Below are positions 25,056 through 36,329 of a stretch of DNA of 64,000 nucleotides, piece by piece. Source of the stretch: Haliotis cracherodii (taxonomy: Eukaryota); contig NW_027266267.1 of the NCBI RefSeq assembly GCF_022045235.1, positions 25,606,001-25,670,000 of the forward strand. Reading direction: 5' to 3'. A model generated the notes under the pieces. That model saw only the letters and a list, made by a program, of their open reading frames with translations. It did no database searches and was not told where the DNA came from. Each line of letters begins with the position of its first letter. Position 1 is the stretch's first letter. Made by a program: the position numbers and the translations under genes.

Positions 25056-25323
25056 GACCCGTGAAGATTACGGGTATAGAATAGGTCTTCAGCAACCCAT
25101 GCTTGCCGTAAAAGGCGACTATACTTGTCGTAAAAGGCGACTAACGGGATCGGCTGTTAAGGCTCGCTGACTTGGTTGATGCAGGTCATCGATCCCAATT
25201 CCGTGGATCGATGCTCATGATGTCAATCACTGGATTGTCTGGTCCAGATTCGATTATTTACAGACCGACGTCATATAGCTGGAATATTGCTGAGTGCGGC
25301 GTTAAACATCAAACAAACAAAAG
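25056..25323 (+). mobile_element. SINE-like family B copy, full length
   Basis: TSD caaccagacct; duplicated hairpin module in the head. Confidence 0.9.
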
Positions 25324-25787
25324 CAACCAGACCTGTTCGTCACGGGTGGAACGAGCATTCACTGAAACAGCCATCTGCATACTGCTACCCCTGCGTCACA
25401 GGGCCATATGACACAGTTGAACCAATCAACTCAACTCAACGCTCAGACGCCCAACGCTAACACCGTATTCGTGCGTGCGTGATTCCCGCATTTAAATTGG
25501 TACAAGATTTAAGAGGAAAATTTATAAATGTAAATTTATATACCGTATTTCCTCGATTACAATTATGGGGATATACTGGTATTTCTTTCACACACTCTTT
25601 ATTCCAGGCGTTAAATCGCAAAGAAACTTACGGGGAGAATACAGTGCATGATAACTATCCGTCATTTAATCGAGGAAATACGGTAACAAGTGCTCTAACA
25701 TTACAAATAACCTCGGTATCTGTGCATCCAGTAAACCACCATACCTTTATCTACCTTCTCAACATAGGCATCTGATTGTGTAAAAAC

Positions 25788-26028
25788 TTCGCTGTGCGGA
25801 GTTGCGTCCCTTGAGCACGCCAGAAACCTATGATTGTGGGTTCGAATCCCGGTTAGCCCCGATTATGTTTCTAGGTTTGTCAGCACCATACCCGTGCTCG
25901 TGGTTTTCACCGAAGTGGTAAACGTCCGACACCTGCATCACTTCGGGCTTTTCTCCCACATTAAGCTGACACGCCGTGATATAACTGGAATACTGTTAAA
26001 AGCGGCGTTGCACCCAACTCACTCACTC
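25788..26028 (+). mobile_element. SINE family C, 5'-truncated
   Basis: B box, body and tail match the C consensus. Confidence 0.85.
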
Positions 26029-26220
26029 ATGATGATGATGATGATGATGTTTGAGATTTAACGATCGCCTCTTTTTTCATAATTTTCACAAATATCCTTA
26101 CCAAAGGAAATCCTCATATTTGCAAGTCGCTAGGCACAACATAGCTCATTTTTCACGGTACTAGTCGAACACATTCCCTCAGCAAACGCATTTACGTAAA
26201 CCTTAAATTACGTAATTATA

Positions 26221-26386
26221 ATGAGTGAGTGAGTATGGTTTTACGCCGCTTTTAGCAATATTCCAGCAATATCATGGCGGGGGACACCAGAAATGGGCTT
26301 CACACATTGTACCCATGTCGGGAATCGAACCCGGGTCTTCGGCGTGACGAGCGAACGCTTTAACCACTAGGCTACCCGACCGCCCC
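26221..26386 (-). mobile_element. SINE family A
   Basis: TSD cgtaattata. Confidence 0.9.
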
Positions 26387-26551
26387 TCGTAATTATAGAC
26401 AAAGCATGCATATTGGTGCATCCATGTCGACACACCCTTTCTTTTCTTGGTCAAGACTCCATAAGTATTCCCTCCAAAACAGACACATGTTTAACGATCT
26501 TCCAAAATAATATTAAAATCAACTTTGTTCAAATACTGTTTCTTTATTTCT

Positions 26552-26765
26552 TATTTTATGCCGCACTCTTCAGTTTCCCAGCTATATGATGGCGGTCTAT
26601 AAATAATCGAGTTTAGACCAGACAATCCAATGATTGATATGATCATCGATCCACGATGACATGGATCAACCAATTCAGCGATCTCGACCACCCGATCCCG
26701 TTAGTCACCTTTTTATGTCAAGCATGGGTTGCTGAAGACCTGTTCTACCCCGGATCTTCACTGGT
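26552..26765 (-). mobile_element. SINE-like family B copy
   Basis: Reverse complement of the B consensus. Confidence 0.75.
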
Positions 26766-27056
26766 GTCGGCAGCACTGAGATCACCATCTTATCAGCCCC
26801 TTCCCCTGTCGTGAACCATGGTCAAGAGTTAAAACATATTCCCTTGGCAGCAGACAAATCCGACACCTAGACATATTGGACCGTACATACCCTATTAAAA
26901 TGTTATAATTACTCAATATATCTGTAAACTAATGCTTGTCTTCACCGTTACTTCTCCAGTAAATATTGTAGCCTTTGTATAATAACGGTGCCCATTTACC
27001 GTACATACTCTATTATAACATACAAACATTACCATGCAATCCATTGAATCTTGCAG

Positions 27057-28080
27057 TTGGCAGACGTGTTAGACATTGCCATCATGACGAGCAATGTACT
27101 GAATATAGGACCTGGTGGACGTGTTAGACATTGCCATCATGACGAGCAGTGTACTGAATATAGGACTTGGCGGACGTGTTAGACATTGCCATCATAACGA
27201 GCAGTGTACTGAATATAGGACTTGGTGGACGTGTTAGACATTGCCATCATGACGAGCAGTGTACTGAATATAGGACTTGGTGGACGTGTTTGACGTTCTA
27301 GGACTTGGCGGACGTGTTAGACATTGCCATCATGACGAGCAGTGTACTGAATATATAATAGGACTTGGCGGACGTGTTTGACATTCTAGGACTTGGTGGA
27401 CGTGTTAGACATTGCCATCATGACGAGCAGTGCACTGAATATAGGACTAGGTGGACGTGTTAGACATTGTCATCATGACGAGCAGTGTACTGAATATAGG
27501 ACTTGGCGGACGTGTTTGACGTTCCAAGACTTGGCGGACGTGTTAGACATTGCCATCATGACGAGCAGTGTACTGAATATAGGACTTGGCGGACGTGTTT
27601 GACGTTCTAGGACTTTGAGGACGTGTTAGACATTGCCATGATGACGAGCAGTGTACTGAATATAGGACTTTGAGGACGTGTTAGACATTGCCATGATGAC
27701 GAGCAGTGTACTGAATATATAATAGGACTTGGCGGACGTGTTTGACATTCTAGGACTTGGTGGATGTGTTAGATATTGCCATCATGACGAGCAGTGTACT
27801 GAATATATAATAGGACTTGGCGGACGTGTTTGACATTCTAGGACTTGGTGGACGTGTTAGACATTGCCATCATGACAGGCCGTGTACTGAAAATATATAA
27901 TAAGACTTGGCGGACGTGTTTGACATTCTAGGACTTGGTGGACGTGTTAGATATTGCCATCATGGCGAGCAGTGTACTGAATCTAGGCCTTGGTAGACGT
28001 GTTAGACATTGCCATCATGACGAGCAGTGTGCTGAATCTAGGACTTGGCGGACATGTTAGACATTGCCATCGTGACGAAT
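27057..28080. repeat. Compound minisatellite of related 55-bp and 28-bp units
   Basis: ggacgtgttagacattgccatcatgacgagcagtgtactgaatataggacttggY interleaved with ggacgtgtttgacRttctaggacttggY. Confidence 0.95.
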
Positions 28081-29379
28081 ATGTAAATGTACATTGAAAA
28101 CAATGCCTTGGAGAGCAGGAAATACATTTGAAATGGTAAATCATCGTGTCTAGTGATGTTTTATATCAAATTTCATACTTTTAGTGACCAAGTTTGTTAT
28201 ACCTGTTTATTCACCTGAATTCGCTGAAGGGATACGATATGGTATTTTTGAAAGCGCATATTATTACTCAATATCTTTTTTTACATTATGAATCATAACT
28301 TCTATTCTAATCTTTTTTGAAACTCAGAGCATGTATACTGTTTTTCTGGCCACCTACCACCTACGCCTCGACCTTCGTTAAACCGCTGATCATCTATAAC
28401 GCTCATCAATTATTTGTATCATCACTTAGCGTTGTAGCGAGGGATTGCTGTATGAAGTATTGCCATAGTTTTTCAGTTTCTGAGATCAACATATTTTATT
28501 TTCTCAACATTTTTGTCAACAATGGCCAAAGTGTAAAATAGGCTTATTTACCCTTGTTGCAGACACTGCTTTTTCAGTGATCCATTCATATAAATTGCAT
28601 CTATTTGTGCCTGTTAGGCCTAATGAATCTGTTTTTGCTGCTATTCGAGACTGATTATTCTCTCGTGTTTGTGCTTCTTGGTGGTACAGTTATGTACTAT
28701 AAGGGGTCTGGAAAAATAAACTTTGTTTCCTTAGGTGAGTGTCTGTATTTCAATTTGTCATCCGATCCAGATAAGAAACGTCTTTCGTAGGCAGGAAACC
28801 GATAAGATGCCATTCTGTCTTATTGAATGGGTGACTGGGTAGGTATAGCCAGCAACTGGTGAACTTGAGCAGACCTTGTGTCAACACGAGCTGTTGATAA
28901 CAAATTTGTATCGTATTGAAATTTCCATTTCAAATACGATAATTCCATTTCAATCGATCAGTTAGGTTATATCATGGTATTTCACATGGAACATCATGGT
29001 TAACCAATACACACCATTTTCAAAAGTTACATTGTAGATGTCAATAAAGCATATATCCCTCTGCATTCTGTTAGGTGATCTTGGGCAGATATCATTTCTC
29101 ATACCTTCTTCATCATGGAGAAGAAGGTTCCATATTCTGCGAGTGGAAATTATTTTCGAAAATAGATGCCATGTTAAGACACAAGAAAACTGTTCTTCTC
29201 CCACCACCAGCACAGATAACATTGAAATAAGGCCACTGGAAACCATGAAACTGCACCACCATTAACAGCAGATACTTCTTACTGAGACCCAGTGTGACCC
29301 AAGTCAACATGGAGTCAACATCAGGTTCAGAATATGGGGGACACTTCTCCAGATATGATAATATGCAGAGAGACAGAAG

Positions 29380-29621
29380 TGAGTGAGTGAGTGAGTGAGT
29401 GAGTGAGTGAGTGAGTGAGTGAGTGAGTGAGTGAGTGAGTGAGTGAGTGAGTGAGTGAGTGAGTGAGTATGGTGTTACGCCGCTTTTAGCAATATTCCAG
29501 CAATATCACGGCGGGGTACACCAGAAATGGGCTTCACGCATTGTACCCATTTCGGGAATCGAACCCGGGTCTTCGGCATGACGAGCGAACGCTTTTTAGC
29601 CACTAGGCTACCCGACCGCCC
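29380..29621 (-). mobile_element. SINE family A with an expanded (GAGT)n tail (~22 units)
   Basis: TSD cagagagacagaag. Confidence 0.9.
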
Positions 29622-30149
29622 TCAGAGAGACAGAAGACAGATTCATGTCCCCCTTCACCCTTACTCAGATGCATGACAACTCTCATCCACATCAGCATGT
29701 GAGGCAAACGCTCCGACAAACGAAAGCTTCATAGTGATATCGTCTTAAACCATGTATCTAGTTTGTTGTGATTTCCAGGCGTCACTGCATATCATATTGA
29801 TAAAACAAACATTTGATATATATATAATGTATTACCATTTGTTCAACTCTTTAAAATACTGACAACATTGTAAAAGGTTTACTGAGTATTAAATGGATAA
29901 AAACATAACATATTCAATATATTACCATCAAAACAGTTCTGTAAAGTGTATAACAGTGTAAAAGAGAGGACTGCATAGGAAAAACATTAATTAAAACTGA
30001 TAAATAATAAAGATAATATATATAGAACCACACAACTTGGATATATACATTGACAAAATCATCGATAAATATTTATCTTCGGGACATTATGTCACGGCAA
30101 TGATAGATCCTGGAACATCAGGGTGACTCTCACACAGTAATAGACAACA

Positions 30150-31420
30150 CGATGCCCCTTCAATCATGAGGTCAGTGTCATGTATTTTTGGCCCTCTTGT
30201 GTGGACCACACAATACCCTTCAATCATGAGGTCAGTGTCATGTATTTTTGGCAATCTCCTGTGGACCACACAATGTCCCTTCATTCAGTACATTGGTGTC
30301 ACATACTTTCGCCATCTCCTGTGGACCACACTATACCCTTTCTTTCAATAGGTCAGTGTCACATAGTTTCGCCATCTCCTGTGGACCACACTATACCCTT
30401 TCTTTCAGTAGGTCGGTGTCACATAGTTTTGGCCATCTCCTGTGGACCACACTATACCCTTTCTTTCAGTAGGTCGGTGTCACATAGTTTTGACCATCTC
30501 TGTGGACCACACTATACCCTTCTTTCAGTAGGTCGGTGTCACATAGTTTTGACCATCTCTGTGGACCACACTATACCCTTCTATCAGTAGGTCGGTGTCA
30601 CATAGTTTCGCCATCTCCTGTGGACCACACTATACCCTTCTTTCAGTAGGTCGGTGTCACATAGTTTTGGCCATCTCTTGTGGACCACACTATACCCTTC
30701 ATTCAATAGGTCGGTGTCACATAGTTTTGACCATCTCATGTGGACCACACTATACCCTTCTTTCAGTAGGTTGGTGTCACATAGTTTCGCCATCTCCTGT
30801 GGACCTCACTATACCCTTTCTTTCAGTAGTCGGTGTCACATAGTTTCGCCATCTCCTGTGGACCACACTATACCCTTTCTTTCAGTAGTCAGTGTCACAT
30901 AGTTTTGGCCATCTCCTGTGGACCACACTATACCCTTCTTTCAGTAGGTCGGTGTCACATAGTTTTGACCATCTCATGTGGACCACACTATACCCTTTCT
31001 TTCAGTAGGTCGGCATCATATATTTTTGGCCATCTCTTGTGGACAAGACTACGCCTATCCATTCAGTAGGTTGGTGTCACATGTTGTCGGCCATCTCCTG
31101 TGGACCACACTCTGCCCCTTCATTCAGTAGGTCGGCATCATATATTTTGGGCCATCTCCTGAACACACTATGTCCCTTCAGTCAGCAGAGAGGTACCTTT
31201 TATTTGGCCATCCTCTGTGAACACAGTGTCCCATTATTCAATAGGTTGGTGTTACACATTTTTTGCCATTTCATGTCCACCTCACAGAGTCCTTCATTCA
31301 GTTGGCAAGTGTCACATACTTTGGGCCATCTCCCGTGGACATGACTATTAATCTCCAGGTGCTGGGTCAGTGTCAAATATTTTTGCCGATCTCTTGTGAA
31401 CCACACTGTGTCGCCTCATG
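30150..31420. repeat. ~60-bp minisatellite (~21 units) 3' of, and overlapping the end of, zinc-finger gene A
   Basis: Unit gccatctcctgtggaccacactataccct(t)tctttcagtaggtcggtgtcacatagtttt; the minus strand reads EGYSVVHRRWPKLCDTDLLK. Confidence 0.95.
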
Positions 31421-34400
31421 TGATAGTTGTCGAGGAACTTCTTCCCGCAGGTTGGACACTCAAACCTCTTCTCCAGTTCCTTGCCCTCGTGTCTTGCCTT
31501 GTGCTGCTTAAGAGCTTCTGCTTTCAAGAATCGTTCTCCACAAATCTTACACCTGTATGGCATCTCCCCAGTGTGCAGACGCATGTGGCGCTTGAGGTTG
31601 CAGGCAATGTGGAACCTCATACCACAGACCCGACATACGTACATCTTCTCCCCATGAAACTTCATGTGTTTTCGAAGCTCTACGACTAATCTCCCGCAAA
31701 TATTACACTTCTTCTTATTAACATTGTTCTTTGCCTTACTATCGGAGGACCTTTGTTTGGATGTCGTTAAATCCTTTGTTGGGCCTGACCTTTCTTTGGA
31801 CATCTGTAAATCCTTTGTTGGGCCTGATATTCGCTTGGATGTCGGTATATCCTTTGTTGGGTCTGACCTTTGCTTGGATCTCTGTAAATCCTTTGTTGGG
31901 CCAGACCTTTGCTTGGATCTCTGTAAATCCTTTGTTGGGCCAGACCTTTGCTTGGATCTCTGTAAATCCTTTGTTGGGCCAGACCTTTGCTTGGATCTCT
32001 GTAAATCCTTTGTTGGGCCAGACCTTTGCTTGGATGTTGGTAAATCCTTTGTTGGGCCTGAATCTAATGTTGGGGTTAGGGTCTGTTTAGGAATGATTGC
32101 ATGGACTTTCTGTGTGTGGCCATTAAGCAGTTCGTGGCTGGTGAAACTTTCCAGACACAGATCACAATCGAAGGACTGTAAAATGTTCTTGGTTCTCTGT
32201 TCTTCAGACTCTGCATCAAGAGACTTCTTATTTGGGTTCTCGTGGGTCAATTCATGTCCAGTTTTTGTGCTCAGCTGGGCAAATCGTTTCCCACAATATA
32301 TACAAACATGGGGCTTCCTGCCGGTGTGGATATTCATATGATCAGCTAATGCACCATATTGACTTAACACTTTGCCACATATTTCACAGGTAGCTGATTT
32401 CAGAGTTGCTGCTGTATGGCGGCGCATGTGGTAAACTAGAGTACTTCTAAAATTAAAACGTTTCTCACATACTGGACACTCTATCGGCTTCTCCTCTAAG
32501 TGTACCACCATGTGTTTTCTAAGATATTCACGTGAGGCATATTGTCTGCCACACACCTCACACTTGTTCAAGTTGGAATCTACATGCAACTTCAAGTGAG
32601 TGAAATAATTTTCATGCTGGGTGAACACCTTGCCACACTTGGAACACTCCCAGCGTCCTCTGAGACTGTGCCATCTCTTGTGACTTTCCAACATTTTAAA
32701 ATGATCAAATCGCTTGTCACATTGATCACACCAGTAAGGGGTTGGTTCATCCGCATGCTCCCTCATATGGCCTTGGAACAGAGCCAAGACTTTGACTGTT
32801 TTACCGCATATTTCACAAACATGTCTGTGTGGCTTCCTTTTACGCTGTTTCTTTGAGTTCCCGGCAGATTTTGCAGGTGCTTCTTTGTCCATAATAGAGT
32901 CAGTGGTATCAGTCCCAGTATGTTCACTGGATTTCAAAGTCTTTCCCAGAGATGAGTATGTCCTCTTTCCAACGGCAACATAGTCTGGGTGTTTCTTGCT
33001 TCTGTGTCTCCTAAGTCCACCTTTCGTCAAGAATTGCATCCCACATACTCCACAGGAATTAGGCTTTGTGCACGCTGAGTCAAGAGACTTCTTACTTGGG
33101 TTCTCGTGGGTCATTTCATGTCTAGTTTTGCTGCTCAGCTGGGAAAATCGTTTCCCACAAAATATACAAACATGGGGCTTCCTGCCGGTGTGGATATTCA
33201 TATGAACAGTTAATGTACTATTTTGACTAAACACTTTGCCACATATTTCACAAGCAGCCGATTTCACTGTTGCTGCTGTATGGCGGCGCAGGTGGTAAAC
33301 AAGAGCGTGTCTTAGATTAAAGCGTTTCTCACATACTGGACACTCTATCGGCTTCTCCTCTGAGTGTTTAAGAAGATTAGCAGGCAAAGCAGGTTGTTTG
33401 CCAAGCAAATCACACTTGTTCAAGTTGGAATCTTCATGGATCTTCAGGTGAGAGAAATATTTATCCTCATGGGTGAACACCTTACCACACTTGGAACACT
33501 CCCAGCGTCCCTGGAGACTGTGCTGCCTCTTGTGTTTGTCCAATCTGCTGTAATGGTCAAATCGCTTGTCACAAAGATCACACCAGTAAGGGGTAGGTTC
33601 GCCAGCATGCTCTCTCATATGGCCTTGGAACAACACAAAGTCTTTGATCTTTTTACCGCATATTTCACAAGCGTGTTTGTGTGACTTCCTTATATGCTGC
33701 TCCAGATCCGAGGAAGAGAATCTTTTCTTACAGACAGGACACTCTTTCAAGACCGTCTTCCTGCACCTCTTCTTCCTCGGTTGTTTGGTTCGGTTGGGAG
33801 AGGATTGTTGTCGCGACACGACTTTTCCAATCGCCTCATCCTGAAGTGGTACTCCAGGATCAATTACAGAAGGGTATGAACTAAGAGAATCTGTCTCCAA
33901 GGGTTTAAAATAAGGAATAACGGATTCACTAGCTGTTGCAGGACTCATGTTCACTTGGACAATATCAGATTCCGAATGTTCATCAGGGTTTTCAGCTTGT
34001 GTGGGAAATGGCAGATTCCTGGACATGTCGACACAAGATTCTGTCATTATACTAACATCACTGTTGCAACCACCCATAGCAGAGACCACCTTAGTGACAT
34101 CACTGCCATGATGAGGTATGACTGAGCCACACTCCTCATCTGAATCACACACTTCCTTTTTTATCAGTAACCCTGAATTGGCTGGCTCGAGTGCATTTCC
34201 ATCACTGTCGTCAACCCCTCCACCACCATCCCTGTCGTCAACCTCATCAACATGAACTCCATCAACATCACCATCATTTTCAGACTCGCCATGTGGGCTA
34301 GAGTTCCTTGTGCGTTCAAGGTTCCTCTTCAAAACATTCAGTTTTTCCTTATTGTTTCTACTGTTGCTGTTTCTCCCTGCCGTGTTTACAACTGGACTAA

Positions 34401-34686
34401 GTGTTCTGTTCCCATCTGGCATTGCATGCTTCACCTGAATGGTTGTCCTGGGGTTACTTGGATGGAAGTCGTGGCTGATCTTGACTTCATCGTGTACAGA
34501 CTGCCTTTGTATTATCAGGTATTCTTCAGCATGTACTTCATCACCTGAGCTGTCCTCGATATCCGTCATAGGGGTGACTTCATTATCAGACTGTATGATC
34601 AGATCATCATAACAGTCTTCTTGGGGTCCACCATTACTTGCAGGTTGACCAGCACCATCTGTACTGGTAAGTTGCATCTTGAACAT
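31348..34686 (-). CDS. C2H2 zinc-finger protein A (~1112 aa; 20 intact and 1 degenerate finger; acidic N-terminus; 13-aa repeat linker)
   Basis: 3.3-kb ORF with repeated CxxC-x12-HxxxH and TGRKP/TGEMP linkers; first ATG 34686; acceptor (tttgtttcag) at ~34795. Confidence 0.92.
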   Translation of the reverse strand: MFKMQLTSTDGAGQPASNGGPQEDCYDDLIIQSDNEVTPMTDIEDSSGDEVHAEEYLIIQRQSVHDEVKISHDFHPSNPRTTIQVKHAMPDGNRTLSPVVNTAGRNSNSRNNKEKLNVLKRNLERTRNSSPHGESENDGDVDGVHVDEVDDRDGGGGVDDSDGNALEPANSGLLIKKEVCDSDEECGSVIPHHGSDVTKVVSAMGGCNSDVSIMTESCVDMSRNLPFPTQAENPDEHSESDIVQVNMSPATASESVIPYFKPLETDSLSSYPSVIDPGVPLQDEAIGKVVSRQQSSPNRTKQPRKKRCRKTVLKECPVCKKRFSSSDLEQHIRKSHKHACEICGKKIKDFVLFQGHMREHAGEPTPYWCDLCDKRFDHYSRLDKHKRQHSLQGRWECSKCGKVFTHEDKYFSHLKIHEDSNLNKCDLLGKQPALPANLLKHSEEKPIECPVCEKRFNLRHALVYHLRRHTAATVKSAACEICGKVFSQNSTLTVHMNIHTGRKPHVCIFCGKRFSQLSSKTRHEMTHENPSKKSLDSACTKPNSCGVCGMQFLTKGGLRRHRSKKHPDYVAVGKRTYSSLGKTLKSSEHTGTDTTDSIMDKEAPAKSAGNSKKQRKRKPHRHVCEICGKTVKVLALFQGHMREHADEPTPYWCDQCDKRFDHFKMLESHKRWHSLRGRWECSKCGKVFTQHENYFTHLKLHVDSNLNKCEVCGRQYASREYLRKHMVVHLEEKPIECPVCEKRFNFRSTLVYHMRRHTAATLKSATCEICGKVLSQYGALADHMNIHTGRKPHVCIYCGKRFAQLSTKTGHELTHENPNKKSLDAESEEQRTKNILQSFDCDLCLESFTSHELLNGHTQKVHAIIPKQTLTPTLDSGPTKDLPTSKQRSGPTKDLQRSKQRSGPTKDLQRSKQRSGPTKDLQRSKQRSGPTKDLQRSKQRSDPTKDIPTSKRISGPTKDLQMSKERSGPTKDLTTSKQRSSDSKAKNNVNKKKCNICGRLVVELRKHMKFHGEKMYVCRVCGMRFHIACNLKRHMRLHTGEMPYRCKICGERFLKAEALKQHKARHEGKELEKRFECPTCGKKFLDNYHMRRHSVVHKRSAKIFDTDPAPGD
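31745..32060. repeat. 39-bp coding tandem repeat (SGPTKDLQRSKQR x ~8)
   Basis: In frame within gene A. Confidence 0.95.
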
Positions 34687-35078
34687 AGCAGCTAGTGGCA
34701 CTGGTCACGGTTCAAGGGAGGTAACTCTGATGTTCAAAATATGCAAGTGTTATTGAAGTCTTCAAGCTTTTATTGAGGGGACTTGTTGACTGCACTGAAA
34801 CAAATATGTCACATATACTTACTAATGAAACCCTCCATCATAAAACAGTCGTTAATCATATGCCAATTACAGAGAGACATATTCTAAACCCATCATGTTA
34901 TTAGACACAGAGACCATATACCGATTGGTATATGGTCTCTGTTAGACATGAACATGGAGTATCAGTTAAAATATTCATATACAATGTACAAAACTTTCCT
35001 AGGGCAGTAATGTGTTGATATGAGAACCTCTTATATTGCAATACAAAATTAAACAACACTCTTTTCTGCCCAAACATG

Positions 35079-35229
35079 TGAATAAGTGAGTGTGGTTTTA
35101 CACAGCTCTTAATAATATTCCAGCAAATATCAAGGCGAAGGACACCAGAAATGGATTCACATGGTGTACTGATGTGGGGAATTCATTCTATGTCTTCAGC
35201 GTGACAACCACACGCCTACCCCACTGCCC
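35079..35229 (-). mobile_element. Divergent SINE family A copy
   Basis: TSD ctgcccaaacatg. Confidence 0.7.
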
Positions 35230-36329
35230 CTGCCCAAACATGACTTTTCATACTTGACCATGTTGACAGAATGAGTTTTTTTATCAGTGATTTAGAAAAA
35301 AAGACCACAGAAAAGCAGTCAATTTGTCATAAATGAATAATTCAACAATAAGTTTGTACTAGCTTTTGTTTGTGATTTTGATACAGAAATGTACCCGACG
35401 AAATACAATGGATATGTAAATGGTAACTGTGTCATATCCCTGTAAACCTATCAAGCAAAGGCTTATGTGGTGCAACAAGTTTAGTGTTTTCACTATTATC
35501 CTGTGTAGACATTTCTTGGCAATGGTACTTCAATATCGACAACAAAAGCCCATCTGGGAGTCTTCACGTTAAGACATTCAGCTCTCAACTCGCACCTCGA
35601 GCCCGTGTACATTTACCATATTTCCTCTATTAGTATAGATGCCTGTGCTTGATCGAATACAGGATCGAAGACAGGTCTCGTAGTGGTATGTCACGGCTAC
35701 TTGTAAGTGTAAATGTTAACTTTTTTAATAATTGTTTTTGAAATGTTTTTAAGGTGGAATTACACCTACCTCCATTCCAAATTAATTAGAAAAGAACCTT
35801 CTTGTTTAGACAAAGTCCCTTGACCCAACCTAAGTCGTATGCATACTAACTATGCATAATCCAAAACAGGAAGTGATGTAAATCATATAATCCACACGTA
35901 TCACACCACAGAATATCCATATTGCGATAATATAGAGTTGCCCGTTCTTGAGTTGCTAATGACAGATACTTAAATTGTTTACTGAACTCGTAAAGAAAAT
36001 AGGCATCAATCACTCCTAAATGACGTGTCATAAAAATTGAACAATGAATAAGAAACATTTTGTGAATGATATATTTAAAAGGTCTGTAAGCGTTCGCCAT
36101 TACGATCCATTATAAATTAACTGCCGCGATAATATAACATACATCCTACTTAGGCGAGAGCCGTGATGGGGTCCTAGTTACATGTAGGACCCCATCGCGG
36201 CTCTCGGCTATCTAATACTGGGATATGTTGGTGGTTAAAAATCACCGTTTCCTGCAAATGCACTGCCGCATTTGGGATAAGGAAAGCTAGTGAGTTGCCA
36301 CTGTGCCAGCATTTATAAACAATAGATAC

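Noticed and set aside
25056-25150. Calling the B head a canonical HDV, twister, pistol or hammerhead ribozyme
   Set aside because: I could not place HDV P3/L3/P1.1, the hammerhead CUGANGA...GAAA core or the twister/pistol consensus; kept only as a candidate
25275-25315. Resemblance of the tail AGTGCGGCGTTAAAC to the hatchet ribozyme 3' strand
   Set aside because: Short match only; the remaining hatchet stems are absent and the LINE-type tail stem-loop explains it
28560-29340. Possible decayed coding sequence
   Set aside because: Only short ORFs and no recognisable motif in any frame I read
30150-31420. CRISPR-like array (also considered for 21918-22475, 27057-28080 and 60682-61190)
   Set aside because: Units are wholly repeated with no unique spacers; no cas genes; eukaryotic context
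31664-32341. Plus-strand ORFs overlapping the zinc-finger genes and the 547-aa ORF
   Set aside because: Antisense shadows of real coding frames
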